Source: Adineta vaga (Eukaryota > Animalia > Rotifera). From it: a stretch of 64,000 nt of DNA. The notes under the pieces are model-generated. The model worked only from the letters and a program-made list of their open reading frames with translations. It did no database searches and was not told where the DNA came from. Shown in pieces: positions 12,253-25,441 of the stretch; positions within the stretch are counted from its first letter, which is position 1, and each line of letters begins with the position of its first letter. The position numbers were made by a program, and so were the translations under genes. Location: positions 10,416,001-10,480,000 of the forward strand of contig CP075497.1 of assembly GCA_021613535.1 (NCBI GenBank), in the 5' to 3' direction.

Positions 12253-12733
12253 TCAAACAACAAGAATACCTTTGACGAAAAAACCAAATGCTAAAATTGA
12301 ACCTAGAGTAAGCCCAATAATAAATGTAATCAATGACCATCGAATTGCTTTTTTATAGAATGTTGTTGCTTCAGCATAAAATCCTTGATTATGTGCACGA
12401 ACAGCACGAATCGCATAAAAAATAGCAATAATTCCTAGCAAAGAATTTTTCATTATAATCTTGTAATCAGCTTTTTATTTACCTAATAGAGGACAACATA
12501 ATGTAGAAATTAAAGCACAAGCTAAACTTCGTTTTGGATGTGTTTCATCTTCCACTTCGGCTAATCTGTATCGATCTACAAATTCAAATTCAGAAGAAAA
12601 TATGGAAATTCTATTAAGAATATTCAAATCTACCTGCAATATCATTGTCAACTTGTCTGGTACTAGTAAATTTGGCTGATGAAGCACATCTATGGCCGGT
12701 TGGTGTTGAGGTAAACGCTCGTGAACCAAACAT
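12253..12733 (-). CDS. CD225/dispanin (IFITM/PRRT-like) membrane protein; 3 exons
   Basis: HPKRSLACALISTLCCPLLG|IIAIFYAIRAVRAHNQGFYAEATTFYKKAIRWSLITFIIG matches the CD225 pattern (CC, G-x-x-A, second TM). An additional upstream exon is possible. Confidence 0.78.
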
Positions 12734-14309
12734 CGTATCTGATAATTACACGAACAAAATAAGTAACTGTTATCAGATTGAAAAAAAATACGAGGAATCA
12801 AACATGAGTAGCGCGTTTGAATGTAATACCAAAAGATCCTGATGGAGGGTGGAAAACTTAAGAGAGAGAGAGTGAAGTTGCGCGTACGCATATATAATCT
12901 TTGTCTCCGATCAACTAAGAAATGATGATGATGATGATAGCGAAAAATGAGGAACAAAAAGAACGAGAAAAAGGAAAAATAGTTTATGTTATCCATAAGG
13001 ACTTAGATAGAATCATCAACAGGAGAAATTCTCTCGGGATTATCTTAAAAACTAATATATTTTTATTGATTAACTCATGTTTATACTCATTATTCGTCCA
13101 AAGCGCATTTGATAACTATTATTTGTTGTTACTTCTTTTTTTTATAGAAATCATATTTACGACAAAATATTAATGGTATCTGACAATCAAGTAGAAAGAA
13201 GATCATCAGAAAAAATAAAAATAGTAGAGAAAAAGTAAGTTTAACTTACTTCCGTTGATATTAGAATTCTATATAGAGAAGAAATAGGAAATGACGAAAT
13301 AAAAAAGCGACTAATATTTCTATTCAATTATATTCATCAGGTCAATGATTTGATCAACTAAGATGAAATCAATCAGGATTAATATGCAGAACATACAGTT
13401 TTTCTTTTCAATAAGGAAATGCAGTTCTTTGCACTCGACTTGTTTTTTATCGCATCGATCTTTAACAGCTCGACAAGCCTAATCAGTGACAGTATCAGGT
13501 CTTTGATTGTAAACGTTCTTTCTCTATCTCTTACTGTGTCGACACACATGCGCACATCGCTCAAGGATATATTACATATGTTGTCGATGTTTGACTGTTT
13601 GCATTAGAATATTCATATCTTCTACGATCCAAACACGTCAATAATTGATGATTAACCACGAGCAAAATGATGAGTACTTATATGTGTAGATATCTATATA
13701 TTAAGATCAGCATATATTGCTTGCTTGTCGTTCTAATCAAGAAAGAAAACGTCAAGAATAAAAAAATTACTAGTAAGACACGGCAATCTCATTAGACGCA
13801 TGAGATAGATAAATAGATATTAAATGATGGTCACAAGTTGAGAACTGTATAATAATAGACCGGTGTTGATTTGTTTGATAAATGACATGCTGAGTTTTGG
13901 GTGGAGAATCACTAACAGGCTAAAATCTTTCTTTTATAGACAGTATGACAAACATTGATGAAGAGAAGAAGAAGAAGAAGGAAATGAAAACAAATCTTCT
14001 TCGACATAGGTTTTTCTTGTACTATTTGTCGTTCATTTCCTGCTCTTCATCAAAATTCTTCAACTAATGAATTCTAAATTTTCTTTTTCCATTTACTGTT
14101 TGATCTCTCGTCTTATTGCTTTAGGAATTATTATGACGAAACTTTCTGTATATATTCACATCATTTGTTTTTTTTTATTCGAATAAGTACAGAAAAAACC
14201 AACAAGAAGAATAACAGAGCTTTTTTCTCTTCAAAAGACACACACACACATACAAAAAAAGATAATTCTCATGTTCATAGTTTTCTTTTGTTTTACTATC
14301 CTAAAGAAT

Positions 14310-16479
14310 TTATTCTTGTGTTAATTGTTCGTAAAATTTCAATGAACGATCTATGCTTGAACTAGCGATATAATTGGCATTGGCACCGAATCGAATACCA
14401 GTTGCTAATGCTGTATGATCATTAAAGACTTTAATTAAATCCCATTGTTTTGCTTGATAAACTCTAGAAATATAGAATAATAGAGAAAAATGAAAATCAA
14501 TTTCTATGAAGAAAAAAAAAGTAGAACTTACCGAACATCAGTACCAGCGACACCGAGATACATTCCACTTTGATCAAAGACAAGGTCACGGATCTATAAC
14601 AAAAATAGAAGTAGATTCGAAGTTAATTAACTAATCATACTTCATAACGATCTTCAAGTGTAATTGTTTTGAAATTTTTTAATTTTCGTAAATCCCATAG
14701 TTTAATTGAAGCATCTTCAGCCGCCGTTGCTAAATAATAACCTAAATAAACCAAATCAAATCGATTATTTCGAATAGAAAAGAAAAGTTTCATTTTTTTC
14801 GTCTACCGTTTTCTGAAAAGGCAATTGAGTTTATACTTCCACTATGACCAGGAAAGTCAGCAACATTATTACATTCTTTCAAATCCCAAATTTTAATAAC
14901 ACTTTCTTGTGTACCGACACCAAAGATAATACCATCAGGATGGAATTTTGCACAAGTTAATCCTAAACAAAATTCTTTTCGTTTAACAATCAATCAAATA
15001 ATTTTGCTTACCTTTTTGAGAAGATGTATCTTGATTTTTTGTAATCAATTTTCCTGTGCGTAAATCTGATAAAGCCCAATAGCTGTCACTTGCACTTGAT
15101 AGAACATAATCACCGGTTGGATGGAGTGAAAGACCTGTAATAGGACTATCATGAGCTTTAAGAACTTTCAAACATTGAGCTGATGGTGTATGCCAAACAC
15201 GAATACTTGAATCTGCACTTGCTGTAATGGCGATATCCTACGAGAAAAAGAATTTCTTATTTCTTCTTAATGGAACAAATTGTTGTCATACTTCTTCGAA
15301 ATGATGAATAACATGTGTCACTTTTTTCTGATGACCTTTCAATGTTGCTACCACTTGTTCACTATCACGATTGAAGACTACAGCTTGACGATCATTTCCA
15401 CCAGTGAGAATAATACTGGGATTTTTTGATGAAATATCAAGTGCTAATATACCTGGATTACTAGCACTATGTAAAGCCTATGAAATGATGGAAAATGATA
15501 CAAAATAATCAAAGATATATTAGAACGAACTGTATGTGTTGCAGAACAACGGAAAGTTTTCATTTCATCAATAGTTGTTAAACCTTCTGGAACATGTTTA
15601 CCACGTTGTTTACGTAATTGTGTTAAAACTGATGCTTTATCTTGTAACTAGAAGAGAAATTTGAACAATATGTTAATTTCATTCATATGATCGATAATTG
15701 ATTGCAGATACTTTTTGAATTATTTCTTCGTTCATGCCTTCAGCAGCATTTGCTCCTGTCTGAGAACCATCAGCAGTTCCATGATACCCTGTCGTCATTG
15801 ATTGATCATTCGCATATTGCTACGAAAAACAAGATATTTTATATTTCAATAAATGTTCAAGGTTACTTACTGTAGCTGTTGGTTGTGTAATACCTGCTTG
15901 TGGTTTAAGTGTAGCTAAAGCTTCACGTGCAGCAGTGACTTCTTTATTGAGACGAGCAATAACACGACAAGCAGCATCATGTTGATACATAACATGTGAA
16001 AGTTCTAGTTGAAAAGATTAGATAATTGATGACTTTTGTTTTGAAAATTAAGCACAAACCTTGTCGAGCTGTTTGTAATTGTTGACGAAGCGTAAAACTA
16101 TGTAACATACAAGCATCCCATTCATCTTGTAGCGTTTTAAGAATAGCTGGAATACTTGTTGCTGATGGTGGTTTTGGTTTACCAAGTGGTGTAACTATTA
16201 TTTACATCTATTATAGTGAAATAATCTTAAAAACGAAATAGAATACCTTTAACATCAATAAGTTGTTCTTCTGTTAATGGTTGACCAGTAATTGGATCAT
16301 TTGATGCTTCACGTAGATATTTGATAATTAAACGTTTTTCATAAATGCAACCTGATACAGGTGAAAGGACTGGTTGTTCAGGTACTTCATTTGAAACTAA
16401 AACAAGTACAATTACATTCAATGCGATCCTTTATAAAAATAAAAGTTAACAACTACTTACGAGAACAAATGAGTGACAT
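14310..16479 (-). CDS. PRPF19: Pre-mRNA-processing factor 19 (U-box plus WD40), multi-exon
   Basis: [30 protein letters not shown]-box, [20 protein letters not shown]...[12 protein letters not shown] coiled coil, WD40 repeats [11 protein letters not shown] and [13 protein letters not shown], ending [14 protein letters not shown]. Confidence 0.95.
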
Positions 16480-16757
16480 GTTATTGTTTTTTTTGTAAAA
16501 GAAAAATAGAGAATCTGAAAATGAAGAAACATCACAATAAAATAAGTTCTTCGTTTTCTTTTTTTTGTCACAAGCAAAGAAAAAAATAATAAATATAATA
16601 ATAAACTGTGATACTAAAGATAAATAAATGAAATCACTTGGAAATAGTCAATGAATAAAGATTAAAAAAAACAATAAAGTAAAAGAAAAATGAGAATTCT
16701 TTTGTTTTTGCTTTTTTAAGTTTATCACAATGGAAGAGATTCGCTTCAGATTGTCTT

Positions 16758-19700
16758 TTAAGCCACACTATTGTCAGTTGTTGATGGTGATTGTCCTTTA
16801 TTGCGTAACATTGGACTACCATTACTATCTTGTACTGGAACTTTTAATTCACGATTTTTATTCGTTGGTGAATTCATTTGTAATTTAGCTGTAAGAAGTG
16901 GTTTATCATAGAGTGTTTGTTCACCATGTTCATCTGAAACATCACAATCTGATTCGGAAATAATCAAATTCGATGTTCGAGTTTTATCTAAAAGATAAAG
17001 TTTTTCATTACGGGCACGTTTTTTTTCATACATACTTTTTTTCATTAAACGAAATTTATTTTTAAGTTTTTCTTTCGGACTTTGTGGAGTATCAACATCG
17101 TGAACATCATCATCATCTTCATTTAATAGTTGATAACGAATACGTTTACGACGTTCTAATAAATTATGACGACGTCGCCATCGTAAACAACAACATAAAC
17201 ATATCCAACAAAAGATGATAGAAAATATTGAACCAACAATTGATATTAAAACAAAATAATGAATAATGAAATCTATGAAAAGAGGTAAAATATATATATA
17301 TGTTTTATTAATGTAAGGATGAAACGTCTCTTTTGATACTTACCACAATTAGGTTCTTTTTGAATGTAAGATTTGAACCAATTTTCCATACGATATCGAT
17401 TACAAACACATCGTTTGGTTTTATTATCACATTTACCATGATTTGAACAATTTGATAGACACATATAAGTATCAATCGATATAATATTCATATTTGATGC
17501 TGAACGTAATGATTTGATTTTCTTTTGTAAATGATTGGCAATTAATTTTGGTGAAACAATTGAATCGGTTTTCAAATCTATTCCTTTGATTAATAAAACA
17601 TTGTCTTTTGGCATTCCAATCATAATTATATCAAGATTTGGTAATATATCAATGAGAAAAGCACGTATTTGTGCAAGAAGATTGTCAAGTGTCTGTTGAT
17701 ATAAATATGGTTTTGACAAAAAGATAATTTCAACTAATTGTTCAGCATTAGGAATACCACGAACATGAACAGTAATATTTGTTTCACTCATTTGTTGTCG
17801 ATCATCATAAACTTGAAGAACGAATACATATGGTCCTTCAATTAAATTTGTTACATAGGCAACTGGTGATAAATTGGAATTGTTGAGAAAATTTCCAATA
17901 GCTGGACTTGATGAACTTTTCTTCCATACCCATCGATCAATACCATAATCAGCTGTTGTTCCTGATCCATTCAAAATAATCATATTATTTAAAATATTAA
18001 CATTCTTCGATTCTAAATGAATCGATGCTTTCGGTGGTTGACCATTTTGTGCATAAACAATTACAAGAACTTCTTTTTTCGATGTATATTCTTCATCATT
18101 AGTTTTTAATGTTAAAATAAATTTATATTGACCAATACGAAGATTTGCTACTCTTGTTTTCAATGAATGTGGAGATAAAATACTAATTTCATCTGATCGT
18201 TGTTTATTATCATTAGAAATTAAATCCCAAGATATCTGTGTTTGTTGTTCAATGATACTTGATGAACCATCAAGAATAACATCATTCGATGGCCAGAAAA
18301 CGATTTCACGACGATTAGTAATACGAGCTTCGATGGGTTCTAAGATAGTTTCAAAATAATTTATCAAATATATTTGTTTTCGTTTTTATAACTTACGTCC
18401 AATTGTATTTAATTGAATCGTTTTTGTTTGTTCGTTACCAAGATTATCAACAACATGTAATCGGAATGAGTAATTACCAGGACGAATGTTTGATATCAAT
18501 AAAGTCGATGTATCTGTATTCTAAAATGAATACAAATTATATTGTAAGACTGAAATCTCTGATAGATATTTACTTCAAGTATTGGCACGAGAGGGCCATT
18601 TTTTATATATGACCATTGATATGTCGCTTGACGATTTGATGGTTCAATCCGTGCTTCGAGTTTAATTACTTGTTGAGGTAAACGAATTGTTACTGGAGAG
18701 GATATTTGTACAATCAAAGGTGGTGACGTTGTTGTAGCTAAAATTATAAATAATGAAAGTGATTGAAGTCGTAATGTTGATCTTATGAATATCGAAAGCC
18801 GAAAAGAAAATAAAGTGGGTTATGATCTATCAACTTTAACGTATAACTAAATATTTAAATACTTAAATACTATTGTGAATGAAAAATCTAACTAATCTCA
18901 TTTTAAGAAGAATTAATAAGATCGAATATAAAACTTACCGGAAATGACTTCAACTTTAACAACATTAGAAGCTAAAACAATTCCTGCTTTGTCCTTTAAT
19001 TGTAATTCAAATTCATAAATTCCCTCTCGTAATTCTTTTACAACAATATGTGATGGTAAGTTTTCTTGATTTGTTAAATCAATTTTTGCACCATTTGTCG
19101 ATGATTTTAATATCCAAAACAAACTTAAATTACGATTATTTAATATTGACATATCGACTTCACTTTTATTTGATTTATAAAGAATATGTCCAGATAAATC
19201 AACTTGATTCAGAGGTAAACTAATAATTTGATCATGACCAGTTTGTACTTCGAGATCATAAGTTGATGAAATCGAAGTTGTCTTCATTGATGTTGTTGAT
19301 GTCGAGATTCGATCATCAACAAGACATTTTCCATTATCAGTTTTACGTATAAAACCAGATTTACATTGACAATAACCATGTTTAGCACGATCACTCGGTG
19401 GTAAACATTCTTCATTTTTCTTACATCTTCCTCGAATAGTATTCTGATCATGTTCATTATCATCATCATCACCATCGTTATCAGTTTCTTGATAATCTTT
19501 TTCATAGATTGCACAAGGTCTTGAACGAGGTAAATATTGACGACAAACACCTAGGAGATCAAAGAAATTATTCGTAGGAAGAAAACAAAATCACTAATCT
19601 TTTCTTTCGGATTATTTACCATTGATACGACGAAAACCATTTTTACGATCACACGAACAAATATTTCGTTTTATTTGAGCATTAATTGAAACTTGTTCAC

Positions 19701-20341
19701 ATTGTTCATTAGCACCACATAATTTTGTTTCATTACATTCATCATGTCCTGGATCATCATAATCAAGAGCAGCTGCTGTTGATTCTTATTTTAAAAAAAA
19801 GACATAAAAAAGTCAATTGATCTATAACTAAACTTACGAATTGAGCGAACTTTTAAATACAATGTTTCATCATTGATATTGCCTTCAATCGGTGCACATA
19901 ATTCATCCGATATGCATTCGATATGAACACATACTGATTCTATCCAATAAGCAACATTACATCGATTAAATTGACAACATTGATTAACACATTCTTCCCA
20001 ACTATTTACTTTGATTCTAAAGAATATATAAGAAATCAAGTTTGAAATGAGAAATCTTGAAATTTACTTGGAATATCTTCCGGCATTGTTGCCACCTGTG
20101 GGTTTAACATTTGCAAAGATGAGATTCTTTAAAACGTTTGAATTTCTCCAATCTGCAGACCATATTGAACAAATATCGGCTAAAATATTGAGAGAGAAAG
20201 AGAGAAAAAAAATCAATGAGTATTGCTTTGTTTTGCTTCATTAATTTAATAGAAATAATTACGATTATTTGATTTGGAATAACAAGAATTTAAAACAGAA
20301 AAACAAAATAGCACCAATGATATCAATCGAAAAACGGACAT
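16758..20341 (-). CDS. KIAA0319/KIAA0319-like (AAVR-family) type I membrane protein: MANSC-like, EGF-like and PKD repeats, TM
   Basis: Signal peptide exon starts at 20341. CVNQCCQFNRCNVAYW (MANSC-like), several PKD-like repeats (GHDQIISLP...LREGIYEFEL; NLIEGPYVFVLQVYD), CSNHGKCDNKTKRCVC...MENW, TM followed by WRRR, cytoplasmic RIRYQLL and ISESD motifs. Confidence 0.85.
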
Positions 20342-20987
20342 TATCTAAAACAAAAAGTTCTATTATCGAAGAAGAAAATACAGGATGATATCTTTCGAAT
20401 ATATACAGATATGTAATTAATCAAGCGAATCATATAGAAAAATAAAATATTTGTCTATGCATATGTGATTGATAAATAGAATGTGTCGTGCCCTGTAAAA
20501 AAAAGCAATCATATCAGACATAGACAGAAGGAACGAACGAAAAAATTTCGTGGACAATGGATAATTATTGAAAAAGATGGATAATATTTGGAATATTACA
20601 TCTGATGAATAAACGATTAAAATTTGATGAAAAAAATCTATATAGAATTCTTTAATAGGATTAAGATCAAAATCTTTGACAAATGACAGATGTCAGTAGT
20701 TTACATAGGATGATTAGTTCTTTGCAAAAAAATGAAATTATTTATTACTTTGGTCTCCTAAAGCATAAATTTTCCTTGAATTTAAGGTCAATAGATCTTA
20801 CAATTGAAATGTGAAGTGATACAGATCAAATTATCTATCACTTGAACTTATACTATATATGGATGAGCATGTTCAGATCCAGTAAAAGATATAGTTTTTA
20901 TTAATACTATAAGTATATGTACAGAGAAAATGAATAAGTGATTTTATTACAGTTCTTTTTCATAAATATAAAGTAACTAAAGATTAT

Positions 20988-21893
20988 TTATGAAACAACT
21001 CCAATTTGTCTTCGTCTTTTTATTTTATTCCAAAGTTTTCTCCATGTTGTTAAAAATCGTACATCAATAATACCAAGCATAGCTGGATCTAAAGCAATTT
21101 CTATAACACTCAATAAAGTAGTAAAAACGGCTGGATCACTATTCGCATTCAAAAATTGAAATGTAAGAATATCTGGACTCCATAGAAGAAGCCAGACTGA
21201 ATAAAATGCAATCGTTTGAAATAAAAGAATTCGTTGACGTTTTCGACGAAGAAGTATTATTTGTTCATTACGAACATTTCGTATTGAACTAACATGTCGT
21301 ATACCAAAGCCAAGAATAAAAATATTCAAAACAATTGGTATAATATAAACAACACATAAATTAAATATTTGTACTATTAATGACGAATATACAATGTCAC
21401 AAGATCCACCGCGACGACGCCATATTGATGACCATTTTGTTAGAAATGGAACAATAATGTTAATTGCTGGTAAGAAATAAATAATGATATGAATTACAAT
21501 GACTAATCGTGGTTTTTCTCGATAAATATTTCGATTGGAAACAACATGCAAATATCGACAACCATTAAATGCTAGTAGAAGATAACTTTGTACTGTATTA
21601 AGATAAAACTTTGATGATGCTTCAAAATAACATAAGATATCTCTACCAATAGGATATAAACACACCGATGATAAACGTATACCATAAAGAATGAAGAATC
21701 GTAGAATAAGAAGGAAATCAGTAATTAAATAGACATAAAGCCACATCATATTTCGTTGTCGTAATGATGAACAGACGAGAAATTGTATCCAAAAAAGAGT
21801 ATGAGTAACCACTGCAATGCTTTTAGTAATAATAATCGGTGTTAATGCATCAAGTGCAGTCGGTGACCAACTGAAAAGAGTACATGTGGTCAT
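20988..21893 (-). CDS. Orphan rhodopsin-like 7TM receptor, intronless
   Basis: 301-aa ORF with seven hydrophobic segments, Cys at the top of TM3 (LCYFEA), a CRY variant of DRY, WSP in TM6 and LDP in TM7. Confidence 0.75.
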   Translation of the reverse strand: MTTCTLFSWSPTALDALTPIIITKSIAVVTHTLFWIQFLVCSSLRQRNMMWLYVYLITDFLLILRFFILYGIRLSSVCLYPIGRDILCYFEASSKFYLNTVQSYLLLAFNGCRYLHVVSNRNIYREKPRLVIVIHIIIYFLPAINIIVPFLTKWSSIWRRRGGSCDIVYSSLIVQIFNLCVVYIIPIVLNIFILGFGIRHVSSIRNVRNEQIILLRRKRQRILLFQTIAFYSVWLLLWSPDILTFQFLNANSDPAVFTTLLSVIEIALDPAMLGIIDVRFLTTWRKLWNKIKRRRQIGVVS

Positions 21894-22687
21894 GATTAAG
21901 ATAGATTTATGTTTGATATAATATTAAGAGATACTATAAGGACAAATTCAACGAATGTAACATGGAAAGAAAATATCCATATTGCTGTGAAATACGTTAC
22001 AAAGAGAAAAAAGAAACAGTATGAAAAGTAAAACTTTTCCATAGAATTATCACGTATTATTACCATTAATGCATCTAAGTAATAATCAGTAATTCTCTTC
22101 CAAGATGCTTGTGATGATGTTTGAGTCTATGAATAAAGTAGCACTCTATGTTTAATTACAGATCTTTTTTACAATTAATTTAATTCCGCTGGATATATTC
22201 ATACTATCTCTATTAATATCATTAGAATTTAATATAAGTAAATGAGATCGTTAGAAAGGATGATGTTTTTATACTATTCTCTTTAAAAAATACTGCATAT
22301 CAGTTTGTTAGAATTATTGCTTCGAAAATAATTACAATACCAATTAGAAGATTACTGCGACACAAAATGAACTTGTACATGTATAAGATCAACATAGTAT
22401 GTGTCAATCAATTTCCTATATAAATAATATCTTTGTAAAATCGGTTTGTTTTTCTTTCACTGTTAAAATTTTCAAGTCAAATACAAGAAATATCTTCACA
22501 CAAAAAGAAACAAATACAATCGCTGAATGTCAATAATCACTAGACAAAGAAAAATTCACAGAAGAATATCAAAAATAATAAATGTTAGATAAGATCAGTA
22601 TGATAACTGTTTGTTGTTGTCAGCAGTTGTTCATAAAACTGATTAAATACAAGAAAGAAAACAAAGCAAATCATTAGGAAAAGTGTT

Positions 22688-22708
22688 TATATATATATAT
22701 ATATATAT
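22688..22708. repeat. (TA)n microsatellite in the 3' region of Rab copy A
   Basis: tatatatatatatatatat read directly. Confidence 0.8.
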
Positions 22709-22811
22709 GTAGAAAAAAGAATAGGAAGTGACATATGGGGATTTGTATTGATATTGCACTCGATATTAAGTCGTGAAGAAAACAATCGAAATAAGGAAAA
22801 AAAATCATTCA

Positions 22812-23678
22812 TTAAGTGCAACATTTTTTTTGTGAACCGCCAACGACTATTTTTTTGGTTCCTACACGTGTACCACCAGTTGAAGTTTGTCCATTATTAG
22901 GTTGAGTAAGACGTCGTTTAAGAGCAAGTCTAGTTATTTCATTAAATGCTTCTACAATATTCTTATTATCTTTAGCAGATGTTTCAAAAAATGGTAAGCC
23001 TTTTTGTTCAGCATATGCACGTGCATCGGTAGTTAAAACAACTTTACCACTTTCATTATCATTATCATCTTTATTACCGACGAGAATTTTTGGGACTGTC
23101 TTATCACAATGACGTTCCATTTCAGTGATCCAATCTTTTAAATTAGCAAAACTATCACCATTTGTCACCTGAAAAAGAAATATCAATAAATCAACGAAGA
23201 ATAAATCATTATTGACATACATCATAAACAATTATTACACCATCAGCACCTCGATAATAAGTACCTATGAAGAAAACAAAATGTACAAAGAATTTCTCTG
23301 TTTTACTTACTTGTAATAACACGAAAACGTTCTTGACCAGCAGTATCCCTACAAACACAAAAAAAGAACACATATCACATCTTATTCATAGAACAGTTAA
23401 TAATCGATTCTATTATTCTGTATAAAATCAACAAATAACAATGATAATACTGGGAATGTTTTTGGAAAAACTACAAACCATATTTGTATACGGCATTGAT
23501 GTCCATCAACATTGATTGTACTCATTTTAAAATCTACTCCAATTGTTGTGATATAAGCAGCTGTAAAAATATCATCAACAAATCGAACCATCAATGAACT
23601 TTTTCCTACACCAGAATCTCCAATAATAAGAATTTTAAATGTTTGAACACCTTCTAAATTTTTTGTTGTTGATGCCAT
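22812..23678 (-). CDS. Rab GTPase, Rab35/Rab1-like (copy A); 4 exons
   Basis: [27 protein letters not shown]|[12 protein letters not shown]|[24 protein letters not shown]-terminal KKCCT. Confidence 0.9.
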
Positions 23679-23976
23679 ATCTGAAAGTGAGAAAGATTTT
23701 ATTTTTCCAATAAATTATTTTATATTAATATATTGTACAGAGTTTTTTGTTTGAAAAACTTTCATCGAAAAGAGAACGAGAGAGACAGACAGACAAAAAA
23801 CAAACGCCATACTGGTTGTAAAAACGAGAGAGAGAGTGAGAGTAAGCGAAAACAAAGTATTGTATAATGATGATATGTACGAAACAGTAGGTTTGAAAAG
23901 AAAAACAAATGAAATTGGTATGGAATAAATGTCGACGAAAAAAATGATAAAACAAACAAATTCTTTGGACGGAAAT

Positions 23977-25087
23977 TTATTTGCAACATGATCCATTATG
24001 TTTCTTATTTTTTTTCTTAGATTTTCCTGATGTTTTCAATCGAATTGCCTGTGACGATGAACTTCCATTTGTCATTTGATGATTTGGCATTGCTTGTGCT
24101 TTTGCTCGAGCTTCTAAACGTTGTTGCAGAGCTAAACGTGTCACTGCATAAAATGCTTCATTAACATTTTTATTATCTTTTGCTGATGTTTCAAAAAATG
24201 TCAAATTCATTTGTCGGGCATATTGTTGAGCATCAGAAGTAGATACTATTTTTTGTGATTGTTCACTATCAGATGATGGATTGTCATCTTTATTTCCTAT
24301 AAGTACTTTAGCTATACTTTCATCACAGTATTTATTTATTTCATCGATCCAACGACGAATACGAGAGAAGGATTCACCATTAGTAACATCATAAACTATT
24401 AAGACACCAGATGCATCACGATAATACTTAAAGAAATACGTGTTAAAAACAATAAAATAGAAGATTAAACTTACAGTTGTCGTTATAACACGAAAACGTT
24501 CTTGACCTGCTGTGTCCCTAAAAAAAAACAAGACAGTTCGAAGTTGAAAAAAAGAAACTAAGTTAATGTATTAAAATAGGACACTTCATTAACGTAATGT
24601 TTTACTAACAAATATCATTTTCTTTATTTCCATACCTGACCTTTCTTTTCATACTTATAATTTCTATAATTCATTACAAACTATTTTCATATTATACCAA
24701 TCCATTATTCTTAGCTATACATTTTTTTCTACGCTCTCTTTTCACATAGATAATCAGTAGTTTTTATTGAACGAAATAAGAAAAGATCTTTCATAGAAGA
24801 CGAAGTCTCTTTTCGATAATAAAGTGTTACGAACCAAATCTGAACTTTACATTGATGATCATCAATCATCAATGTTCGAACTTTGAAATCGACACCAATT
24901 GTTGGAAAAAATGTTTGTTGAAATGTTTCATCAACAAAACGAGTCATTAGACTACTCTAAGATATCAAATACATAAATAAATAACAAAAGAAATTTTAAA
25001 ATGAAAAAAAATAACACGAACTTTTCCGACGCTTGATTCGCCGATGATAAGAATTTTAAAATGAAATACTTCACTTGATCTTGCCAT
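23977..25087 (-). CDS. Rab GTPase, Rab35/Rab1-like (copy B); 4 exons
   Basis: MARSSEVFHFKILIIGESSVGK|SSL, PTIGVDFK, IW|[14 protein letters not shown]|YYRD, RRWIDEINKYCD, ETSAKDN, C-terminal GSCCK. Confidence 0.9.
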
Positions 25088-25441
25088 GGTAAATCAAAGA
25101 ATAATTTTTAATCTGGACTCATCACAATCTAATATATATTTCTTTGTTTTCCATGTAAAGATAAAAAAAATGGATCTTAGTGATTCATTACATCACTATA
25201 CACTATACACCTATATGCATTATTCATTGAAATAAAATTGAAGATGAGCGACATCTATAAGTTAAAGATGATTTTATTGATTTTTAGAGATTATTTTACA
25301 TTTTTGAGATATTTTTGGAAAAATTATGGGGAATAAATTCGATGAGTAAGATTTTTTGATGGTCAAATATCGAACAAAGAACACCCGGTCATTCAATCGT
25401 TATGTTCATTAAGTCGAAAAATCAATCAAATCGACAAAATC

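Noticed and set aside
19284-19790. Extra Cys-rich EGF-like modules in the KIAA0319-like gene as a novelty
   Set aside because: Similar modules probably occur in other invertebrate homologs; novelty cannot be claimed without a search.
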